Assembly: GCA_031414435.1 (NCBI GenBank)
Contig: JANNVN010000123.1
Span: 1,158 to 65,157, forward strand
Direction of reading: 5' to 3'
Source of the DNA: Gemmatimonadaceae bacterium
GTDB taxonomy: Bacteria > Gemmatimonadota > Gemmatimonadetes > Gemmatimonadales > Gemmatimonadaceae
DNA: 64,000 bases
Part shown: one piece after another, positions 1-7,675 of the stretch
Position numbering within the stretch: the stretch's first letter is position 1
Layout of the letters: each line of letters opens with the position of its first letter
Position numbers and translations under genes: made by a program
Notes under the pieces: model-generated
Database searches by the model: none
The model's input: only the letters and a program-made list of their open reading frames with translations
What the model was told of the DNA's origin: nothing

Positions 1-476
1 GGGAGCTGAATGCGGGATTCACCGAGACACTGTCGCGCTATCTCGGTGGTCTCGCCATCTCACTGGCTGCGCAGGGCGCAATGTCAGCGATCGCCCTGTT
101 TTTTCTGGGCGTGCCGTACGCCGCATTGCTCGGCGTGTGGGTGGCAATTACAGCTCTCATTCCGTTCATGGGCGCCTTTCTTGGCGCAATCCCGGCGGTC
201 CTCCTCGCACTCACCATCTCGCCGACCACGGCGGTGCTGACGGCGGTGCTGTTCCTCTTGATACAGCAACTCGAAGGAAACGTGCTGACGCCACGGTTGC
301 AAAGTCAGGCGGTGCGCGTGCATCCGATCCTGGTGTTCCTCGCCGCGATCGCGGGAGGGGAATTGGCTGGTGTCGTCGGCATCGTGTTCGCCGTTCCGCT
401 GCTGGCAGTGTGTCGGGTGCTCTACGACTTCTTCAGCGCGCGCCTGCACGTCGTGGGTCGGCAACATTCCGTATAA
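1..476 (+). CDS. AI-2E family transporter (PerM/UPF0118-like), C-terminal part; the gene starts upstream of the window
   Basis: Frame 3 is open from base 3. The tail ...LGVWVAITALIPFMGAFLGAIPAVLLAL...LIQQLEGNVLTPRLQSQAVRVHPILVFLAAIAGGELAGVVGIVFAVPLLAV is the conserved C-terminal TM block of AI-2E/PerM permeases. Stop TAA at 474-476. Confidence 0.75.
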   Translation, partial: ELNAGFTETLSRYLGGLAISLAAQGAMSAIALFFLGVPYAALLGVWVAITALIPFMGAFLGAIPAVLLALTISPTTAVLTAVLFLLIQQLEGNVLTPRLQSQAVRVHPILVFLAAIAGGELAGVVGIVFAVPLLAVCRVLYDFFSARLHVVGRQHSV

Positions 477-1019
477 TGTCGGGGATCGGAGCTAGGCAAT
501 CTGCGAACTCTGTCGCGCCGCGGGTTCCTGGCAGCGAGCGTTTGGCAGGAGCAGCGCGAACGTGCTTGCGCCGCTGGCTCCGGTCGACACGGTCATCACC
601 AGCGTCGCGCGTCGCTCTTGCAACCACGCATGGGGCTCCGGCGGCGCCATCGCCGACCGCGCATGGGGCCTCGTGGTACAGAATGTCATGACGCTTCGTA
701 CTGACCAGTCATCCCCGCTCGCGCGTCAGCGACGGGAATAGGCCATCGATGCGGGCGCCGTGGTACGGGGGTGAGAAACGCGTCCGTTGTGGCCGGACCT
801 CGCCCCGGGCGCCCCCAGTGGTCGGGGGCTGCCCAGCCCGGACGCCGAGCAGGGGCTGGCGGACTCTGCTGCACGATGCGATCATTGAGCGTCGAGCGCG
901 GGCGCTTCTTCCAGCAGCACGGCACAGATCGTCCACGCCGCGATAGTGAATTCCGATGCTGGCAGCGTTGGCCCGCCGGGCAACCTCAGCGCCGCGCTCG
1001 ACGCGCTGGGCGACGACGC

Positions 1020-1463
1020 ATGGTGACGGAAGAGACCTCCCGTCTCGCGGGTCCAGCGATCCTGGCCTTCTTGCACATCACTGCTGCGTGGGGACTGACC
1101 GATCACCAGCCGGTCGTCCTCTTGGGCGGGGCGGTCGACCCCACAACCCTGGCGATCTGGGAGACTCTATCCGCGTCGGTCTTGAGCGTGGATCAGCTCG
1201 AGCGCTGCAGCTACGTCCTCGGCATTTATGAAGCACTCGAGCGGTTTTTCCGCCACGCCCCCGACGACGGTCCGCAGTGGCTGCTGCGTCCACGTCGCGA
1301 GCAGCCATTCGGTGGACGGTCGGCTCTCAAGTGGATGCTGCTCGGTGACATAGAACAGCTGGCGGACGTACGGGAATTTCTCGACCACTCGAACGGCGGT
1401 CCGCCGCGCCGTGACGCGGCATCGCCACCGATCAGCGAAAGCGACGGCAGGAGAGTCCTGTGA
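1020..1463 (+). CDS. Xre/MbcA/ParS-type antitoxin, toxin-binding domain (DUF2384) protein
   Basis: 147-aa reading from ATG 1020. The longer 771 start only adds an Arg/Pro/Gly-rich junk N-terminus. ...AAWGLTDHQPVVLLGG...LSVDQLERCSYVLGIYEALERFF...WLLRPRREQPFGGRSALKWMLLGDIEQLADVREFLD follows the DUF2384 pattern (W-L..P...lgG.sP...l..g....v...L). Confidence 0.6.
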   Translation: MVTEETSRLAGPAILAFLHITAAWGLTDHQPVVLLGGAVDPTTLAIWETLSASVLSVDQLERCSYVLGIYEALERFFRHAPDDGPQWLLRPRREQPFGGRSALKWMLLGDIEQLADVREFLDHSNGGPPRRDAASPPISESDGRRVL

Positions 1464-1668
1464 GCACGGCATCCAACGACGAGCGCGCACACTCGGGCCC
1501 TGATCCCGACGCCCTGCTGCGATTGCCGCCCATCGCGCTCACCAGGGACGACTGGATCCGGCTCTACGACGCGGAGACGGTGGCGTGCTGGCCGCTGACC
1601 CCTGCGGAGCGGATGGAGACGCCCACGACCGCGATCGCCACCGCGCCGACCACTGCGGGCAGCCCCGC

Positions 1669-2394
1669 TCACGCCACGCTGGCCGCCTCGTGCACCCGCC
1701 CGTCGAACAGCTGCACCTCACGATCCGCATGCTGCGCATACCGCGTGTCGTGCGTCACCATGCAGATCGTCGCACCGTTGCGGTTGAGCTCGCGCAACAA
1801 CTCCATTACCGCCTCGCCATTCTTCGAGTCGAGATTTCCCGTGGGCTCGTCGGCCAGCAGGATCGCCGGATCACCCGCCACGGCGCGCGCCACCGCCACT
1901 CGCTGCTGCTGCCCACCGGACAACTGTGCAGGAAAGTGTCCCGACCGATGCGACATCCCCACCCGTTCCAGCGCGGCCTCGACGCGACCCTTGCGCTCAC
2001 TCGCCGACATCTCCCGATACGTCAACGGCAGCTCGACGTTCTCGAACACCGTCAGGTCCCCGATCAGGTTGAATGCCTGAAAGATGAATCCGATCTGCCG
2101 GTTCCGCACGCGCGCGCGATCCACCGGCGAGAGCCGCGACACGTTCTGGCCGGCCAGCATGTAGTCGCCACTGCTCGGCGTATCGAGCAATCCGAGGATC
2201 GACAACAGCGTCGTCTTGCCGCAGCCTGAAGGACCACTGATCGCCACGTACTCGCCCTTCTGAATGGCAAAGTGCACATCCGTCAGCGCATGGGTCTCCA
2301 CTTCATCGGTGAGAAACACCTTGCCGATGCTGGTCAGGTCAATGATCGCGCTGCTTTCCGTATTCGCTGACATCGTCAATGCTCCGGGATTCAT
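1669..2394 (-). CDS. ABC transporter ATP-binding protein (MacB/LolD/FtsE-like clade)
   Basis: Walker A GPSGCGKTT, signature LSGGQQQRVAVARA, Walker B ILLADEPTGNLD, H-loop MVTHD. It is the last gene of a minus-strand permease/adaptor/ATPase operon. Confidence 0.9.
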   Translation of the reverse strand: MNPGALTMSANTESSAIIDLTSIGKVFLTDEVETHALTDVHFAIQKGEYVAISGPSGCGKTTLLSILGLLDTPSSGDYMLAGQNVSRLSPVDRARVRNRQIGFIFQAFNLIGDLTVFENVELPLTYREMSASERKGRVEAALERVGMSHRSGHFPAQLSGGQQQRVAVARAVAGDPAILLADEPTGNLDSKNGEAVMELLRELNRNGATICMVTHDTRYAQHADREVQLFDGRVHEAASVA

Positions 2395-2397
2395 TGG

Positions 2398-3642
2398 TTA
2401 CTTGATGCGGACGCGGGCCACGTTGGCGTACGTCGACATATCCGACACGATGATCTTCTCACCCACCTCGAGCCCGCGAACGATCTCGATCACATTCACT
2501 GAGCTGCGGCCCAGCTCCACCGGGACGCGATCCGCATACTTCCCGCCCTCGACCAACCGGAAGAGCGAGACGGCACCAGACCCGGCGCTGAACGCGGGAC
2601 GTCCGGTATAGCGCACGTTGTTCAGCGTCTCGATCACGATCGTGCCATCGATACTCAGGTCTGGCACGGCGCCGCTCGGCAATGGACCATCGATCGTCAC
2701 GTCCACCGTGACACTGCCGCCAAGCGCCGAGGGGTCCTTCCGGCTGACGTGACCTGCAACCAGCCCGTTGCGCGTATCGATGCTCGCCTTCTGGCCGACA
2801 CTCACGTCCTTGGCCTGACTTTCCGGAATGCGCAGCACGGCCTTCAGGCTGCCCGGTTGCACCACCTTCGCCAGCGTCGTGCCTTCGGGCACCCACTGCC
2901 CGAGTTGCAGCGTCAGCTCCTGCAGCACGCCGGCATCTGGTGCACGCACCTGCAGCGCCTGCAGCCGGTTGCGCTGATTGGCCGCAATCGCCTTCAGCTG
3001 CTCCACCTGACTGGCCTGCGTCGAAATCTGCGATTCGATCGCCTCCTCCATCAGCTTCAAGCGATCGCGCTCAACGCCGAGCCGCGTGGTGAATTCCTCG
3101 GCCTGCGCTTTCTTCGTATTGACTTCGAATGCCGACATCAGGTTGCGCTTGCCGAGCGAGTCGGCGGCTGTCGCCTCCTGCAGCGCGCCCATGTGCTGCG
3201 TGCGCGTCGTGGCCACCACGCCCCGCTGTGTGAGCAGCTGGCTGCGCAAATTTGTGCGGATGTTCAGCAGTTCGATCTGCGCCTGCCGCACCTGTTGCTC
3301 GGCCTGCATGGTCTGGATCTGCAGGTCCGGGTTGCTCAGTTCGAGCAGCACATCACCAGCGGCAACTTTCTTGCCCGACTCGGACGCCAGCCGCTCCACT
3401 CGCGCGCTCGCCTGCGCGGTGATGAACCGGATGTGCTCCGGCACCAGCGTGCCAGGACCGCGCACCTCGCGAACGACGTTGCCCTGTCGCACGCTGTCGA
3501 TCAGCACGGCCGATCGTTCAATCGTCTGCGCGGCCGGCTCGAGGCGCAGCAACCAGACCATGATCGCAGCGACTGCAACCACGCCGCCACCGATCATCAG
3601 GTTGCGACGCGTCTTCTTGGGGGGAGTTCGAACGATATCCAC
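2398..3642 (-). CDS. HlyD-family periplasmic adaptor (membrane fusion protein)
   Basis: Single N-terminal TM (MIGGGVVAVAAIMVWLL). Long Gln/Leu/Arg-rich coiled-coil segment (LQIQTMQAEQQVRQAQIELLNIRTNLRSQ...IESQISTQASQVEQLKAIAANQRNRLQALQ). Beta-rich C-terminus. It lies 4 nt from the ATPase and 13 nt from the permease. Confidence 0.8.
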   Translation of the reverse strand: MDIVRTPPKKTRRNLMIGGGVVAVAAIMVWLLRLEPAAQTIERSAVLIDSVRQGNVVREVRGPGTLVPEHIRFITAQASARVERLASESGKKVAAGDVLLELSNPDLQIQTMQAEQQVRQAQIELLNIRTNLRSQLLTQRGVVATTRTQHMGALQEATAADSLGKRNLMSAFEVNTKKAQAEEFTTRLGVERDRLKLMEEAIESQISTQASQVEQLKAIAANQRNRLQALQVRAPDAGVLQELTLQLGQWVPEGTTLAKVVQPGSLKAVLRIPESQAKDVSVGQKASIDTRNGLVAGHVSRKDPSALGGSVTVDVTIDGPLPSGAVPDLSIDGTIVIETLNNVRYTGRPAFSAGSGAVSLFRLVEGGKYADRVPVELGRSSVNVIEIVRGLEVGEKIIVSDMSTYANVARVRIK

Positions 3643-3654
3643 GTGGCAGGGAGG

Positions 3655-6150
3655 TCAGTCGTAACGAAGGGCAAGCATCGGATCGACACGCGCGGCGCGC
3701 TGCGCCGGAACCAGAGTGGCGGCGAAGGCCACCAGTGTCAGCAACACGACGGCACTCAGCAGCGCGACAGGATCGTGCCCCTGCAGCTCGTAGAGTTGTG
3801 ACTGCGCCAGTCGGCCGAGGCCGAGCGCCGCAGCGATACCGACGGATCCGCCAATCAGCATCATGACGCCGACCTGTCGCAAGACCATCGCTCGGATGTT
3901 GCCGCCATCGGCACCAAGTGCCATCCGGACCCCGATTTCACGCGTGCGCTGCTGCACCGAGAACGACAGGACACCATACAGCCCCACGCCGGCCAGCAGG
4001 GTCGCAAGCATCGCGAAGGCCGATGAGAGGATCGAGATCATGCGCTCGAGAAAGATGTTTTCCCGCACCTGCTGCGGCATCGTCTTGAGACTCTCGATCG
4101 GGAGTGTGGGGTCGAGACGCTTCATCGTGGCTCGCAATGTTCCAAGCAGCTGCTCCGGCGGGAGCGACGTTTTCACATAGAAGTAGAGCGCCCCGGTGCC
4201 AGCGTCCTGCCGCCAGGGCAGATAGTACACCGGGGGGACGGAGTCCTTCACGTCGCTGTACTTCACATCCGGCACCAGCCCGATGATCTGCACATTGAGT
4301 GTGTCATCACTTTCGGTACCCATGAACTTTCCGACCGCGTCATTCCCGAGTCGAAACTTCTTGGCGAACGCCTGATTGACCACCGCCACCCGCTGCGCCC
4401 CGAGTTGATCCGCTGCCGTGAACTCGCGGCCGGCCTTCAGTTGCACGCCCAGCGTCTTGAAGTAGTCAGTGCCCACGGCATTGAAGCGCGATCCACAGTC
4501 GACGTCAGGGCCACACGGATAGCCTTGCACATGGGCGTCGTTACCCCAGTTGTCGCCGCTGAGCAGCGGCACCAGGCCGCTGGTGACGCCAGTCACACCG
4601 GGAATCGCCGCCAGCTCCTGCTCGACGCGGGTGAACAGCACTGCGCTGCGGGCACTGTCATAGCCGACTCGCTGCGGCACGATCTGGAACGTGGCGATGT
4701 CGTTCACCTTCACACCAAGGTCAACGCGACTGACGTTGACGAGGCTCTTCAGAAAGAGTGCGCTCATGATCAGCAATCCCATCGACAACGCGATCTGGAC
4801 TGTCACCAGCGCCGAACGGAATCGTGTCGATGCCCGACCGCCAGCGATCTGACCCGCGCCGGCACGGATCGTACTGATCAGGTCTCCCCGCGTGCTGTGC
4901 AGTGCGGGGAACAGCCCGAAGAAGAAGCCGGTGCCGACGCTCAGCAGGGCCGCAAAGCCGATCACCGCCGGGCTGATGCCGAAGGTCATGGTTTCAGCGG
5001 CCTCCGGCGGCAGGATCGACATGATGACGTTCAGCGTCCACTGCGCCACCAGCAGCGATGTCAGCCCGCCCGCCACGGCCAGCATCAGACTTTCGGTCAG
5101 CAGCTGGGCCAGCAGATGACGACGCGTCGCACCCAGCGCGAGGCGTACACCCATTTCGGTCGCGCGCCGCGCGCCCCGTGCCAGCAGCAGATTGGCGATG
5201 TTCGCGCACGCAATCAGCAGCACCACGAACGTCACCGAGAAGAGCAGCATGATCGGCGTCTTCGCTTCGCGATCGATGCTGCTTTGGCCGCGCGCTCCCG
5301 CCGCGAGCTCGATCCGCTTCTTCCGGAAGCTTGCCATGGTCTTCTCGCTCATGCCCTGCTGTAACGGCGCCTCGATGTCGTTGATGATGGGCGAGTAGAC
5401 CGCATTGATCGACGTTGCCGCCGTGGCGAGGGTGGCGTCGGGCTTCAGGCGTCCGAAGAGGTAAATCCAGTAGTTGCGACGGTTGGGCAGTCGATCGAAC
5501 CCATCGATCACGGCCTGCATCGAAATGGGGAGGTACACCAACGGGCGCGAACCTGCCGTGGTCCCTTCGAACCCTTCCGGTGCGACGCCGAGGATGGCGT
5601 AGGACTTTCCGTTGACCACGATCGACTGCCCGACCGCCGCCGGATCGCTGCCGAAGACGTTTTTCCAGAAGGCGTAGCTGATCACCGCGACGAAATTGGC
5701 GCCGATCACCCTGTCGTCCTCTGGTGTCAGCAGGCGGCCCTGTGCCGCGGTGAGGCCGAGGACGGGGAAGTAGCCACCGCTGACCATGATCGCCTCGCCG
5801 CTGCGCGGTTCATTGCGCACGCTGAGCGAGACCCCGGTGAGTCGATGCGCGGCTATCCCTGAGAACGCCGAGGGCGCCTTCTCGAGATCGCGGAACATGG
5901 TGTAGCTGAAGACTTCGTCACAGCCGCCAGCCTGGTTACACGAATTCGACCCGGGCGTCGGCCCCGGATTCTTGAAGTTGGCGAGGCGTTCTGGCGCGCT
6001 CACGGGCAGACTGCGCCACAGCAGCTGCTCGAAGAGCGAGAAGATGGCGGCGTTTGCGCCGATGCCGAGGGCGAGCGAGAGGACGGCGATCGCGGTGACG
6101 ACCGGGGTCTTCAGCAGCATGCGGGCGGCGAGCGTGATGTTGCGCATCAT
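3655..6150 (-). CDS. ADOP-family ABC permease (duplicated MacB/FtsX-type permease, 831 aa)
   Basis: The N-terminus MMRNITLAARMLLKTPVVTAIAVLSLALGIGANAAIFSLFEQLL... is the hallmark start of 'acidobacterial duplicated orphan permease' proteins. There are two MacB-like periplasmic domains, each followed by an FtsX 3-TM block (...VRMALGA... occurs twice: GVRLALGATRRHL and GVRMALGADGGNI). Confidence 0.85.
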   Translation of the reverse strand: MMRNITLAARMLLKTPVVTAIAVLSLALGIGANAAIFSLFEQLLWRSLPVSAPERLANFKNPGPTPGSNSCNQAGGCDEVFSYTMFRDLEKAPSAFSGIAAHRLTGVSLSVRNEPRSGEAIMVSGGYFPVLGLTAAQGRLLTPEDDRVIGANFVAVISYAFWKNVFGSDPAAVGQSIVVNGKSYAILGVAPEGFEGTTAGSRPLVYLPISMQAVIDGFDRLPNRRNYWIYLFGRLKPDATLATAATSINAVYSPIINDIEAPLQQGMSEKTMASFRKKRIELAAGARGQSSIDREAKTPIMLLFSVTFVVLLIACANIANLLLARGARRATEMGVRLALGATRRHLLAQLLTESLMLAVAGGLTSLLVAQWTLNVIMSILPPEAAETMTFGISPAVIGFAALLSVGTGFFFGLFPALHSTRGDLISTIRAGAGQIAGGRASTRFRSALVTVQIALSMGLLIMSALFLKSLVNVSRVDLGVKVNDIATFQIVPQRVGYDSARSAVLFTRVEQELAAIPGVTGVTSGLVPLLSGDNWGNDAHVQGYPCGPDVDCGSRFNAVGTDYFKTLGVQLKAGREFTAADQLGAQRVAVVNQAFAKKFRLGNDAVGKFMGTESDDTLNVQIIGLVPDVKYSDVKDSVPPVYYLPWRQDAGTGALYFYVKTSLPPEQLLGTLRATMKRLDPTLPIESLKTMPQQVRENIFLERMISILSSAFAMLATLLAGVGLYGVLSFSVQQRTREIGVRMALGADGGNIRAMVLRQVGVMMLIGGSVGIAAALGLGRLAQSQLYELQGHDPVALLSAVVLLTLVAFAATLVPAQRAARVDPMLALRYD

Positions 6151-6466
6151 GGTGGCGGGTTTCAGGATGCGAGAGCGAGAGCGAGTCGCTTTCAGAGTCA
6201 GGCGACCACGAGAGGGTTGTCGCCATGAGCCGGGTACGGGGTGGTGCGAAGCGTTGTTTCAGCGGGATCGAGGGCCGGCATGGGGTTCGCCGGGCCGACC
6301 AGCGACTCCCCCAGACTCTTCGAGAGCCGTCTGGCGCCGGATGCGGGCTCCGTGCGCCGGGCACTCCGACTTCCGCGGCGGAAGCCGGCACGGTGCGACA
6401 GGCGACCTGTTACCGGACGTGCCCGGGCATCGTTACTCGGGAGTACTCACTCCGTCCCCTCTGGTG

Positions 6467-7195
6467 ATGAAGCCTTCCCGGCCATTCGTGTTCGCGCTCT
6501 CAGCACTCGTCGTGGCGGCCGGGGCGTTGGCCCTCGCCACCCCCCGGGCCACTGCCGCCGCCGCCGCGGATACGCTCCCGCTTTCGACGGCACTGACGCC
6601 GGTGATGATCGACTACTTCGGCCTCGACGATGCGTTCACGCGTCCGTCGATCGCGGCATTGCTCCAGTGCAACGCCAAGCAAGCGTGTGGCGCCAGCGAC
6701 AGCTCGCAGGTCCAGTTCTACGATGCCAACGGTGAGGTGCGTGCGGCCTACGATGGCGCGCCGACGTCAGTGATCGAGGAGGTGCGCCGGATGCATTCCA
6801 CACCCTCGGCCGGCGTGACCGAGTTGCGCACGCGCGTCCGTCGCTATTTGAAGGACGAACAGGGCCGCATCGTGATGAATGGCACCGACTCGATCGTCAA
6901 GGTCGACTCCGGGTCCGCCGATCGCGAATCGTCAACGCTGACGCGGGTTCATCGTTACAGCGACGTGCGCTATCTCGTGAACGACCTGAACTTCGTCTGG
7001 CCGCTGACCGGGCTCGTCGTGCTTGAGCTCTCGAATGCCATTGGGCCTGCGCAGCGTGCGCCGATTCGTGTGGCGGCCCACGGCGCCGTGAGCTTCGATG
7101 GAACGCAGTACGCACAGATCCTCACCGCGGGCGCGCTGACGCATCGTGTCGATCTCGTTGCAAAGCGCCTCGAAACGACGATGCCGGAGCGGTAG
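6467..7195 (+). CDS. hypothetical secreted protein
   Basis: ATG 6467 is in frame inside the longer 5972 ORF. It gives a classic signal peptide, MKPSRPFVFALSALVVAAGALALATPRATAAAAA. The part upstream of 6467 overlaps the permease gene and reads as Arg/Gly junk. I recognise no family. Confidence 0.5.
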   Translation: MKPSRPFVFALSALVVAAGALALATPRATAAAAADTLPLSTALTPVMIDYFGLDDAFTRPSIAALLQCNAKQACGASDSSQVQFYDANGEVRAAYDGAPTSVIEEVRRMHSTPSAGVTELRTRVRRYLKDEQGRIVMNGTDSIVKVDSGSADRESSTLTRVHRYSDVRYLVNDLNFVWPLTGLVVLELSNAIGPAQRAPIRVAAHGAVSFDGTQYAQILTAGALTHRVDLVAKRLETTMPER

Positions 7196-7207
7196 GAGCG
7201 TTCGCGG

Positions 7208-7468
7208 TCAGCGCGGGGCATATGGTGTTCCGGCGCGCGGCGGCACAATCCAGATGCACCACGCGTCGGTCTTCAGCGTGGTCTTCCGGAACTTGCCCGA
7301 TGTCGGCGTACAGCGCGTGCCATCGAACGCCACGAGCGTGTCAGGCATGATCTTCTGTGTGACAGTCTTCCGTCCCAACGCGGGCGGATTCTCACCGCCA
7401 CGCAGCGGGATCGCGCAACCTCCCAGAACGGCCAGAGCCAGCAACGCGAGCGCCTTGGGTGCCATCAT
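7208..7468 (-). CDS. small putative lipoprotein
   Basis: 86 aa. MMAPKALALLALAVLGGC has a lipobox (L-G-G-C). It is convergent with the preceding gene. Confidence 0.45.
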   Translation of the reverse strand: MMAPKALALLALAVLGGCAIPLRGGENPPALGRKTVTQKIMPDTLVAFDGTRCTPTSGKFRKTTLKTDAWCIWIVPPRAGTPYAPR

Positions 7469-7675
7469 CCGTGAGAGTCAGGGTGGTCTGCTGTGGTGCG
7501 GCGGCGCTTCTGAAGACACGGTACCGAGGGGACGGGCCAGAGGCTCGAATCGGCTGAGCGGCGGCGCCGACGGGTGTCGTGATTCCAGGTGCTGGCAGCG
7601 TGGCCAAGCTGTTGCTTGCCCCTACCCAAGCCGGGGCGGTAAGGTCCTGCTCTCCCCTCTCCGCCAAAGGCTCCC

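Noticed and set aside
1460-2080. A 206-aa plus-strand ORF after the DUF2384 antitoxin, considered as a possible RES toxin.
   Set aside because: From 1669 onward it is antisense to a motif-complete ABC ATPase. No RES-domain motifs are visible. Only the first 70 or so codons could be real; see the finding on the orphan antitoxin.
5972-6466. N-terminal extension of the secreted-protein ORF (the track gives a start at 5972).
   Set aside because: The extension overlaps the 5' end of the ADOP permease gene on the other strand and reads as Arg/Gly-rich junk. The in-frame ATG at 6467 gives a textbook signal peptide.
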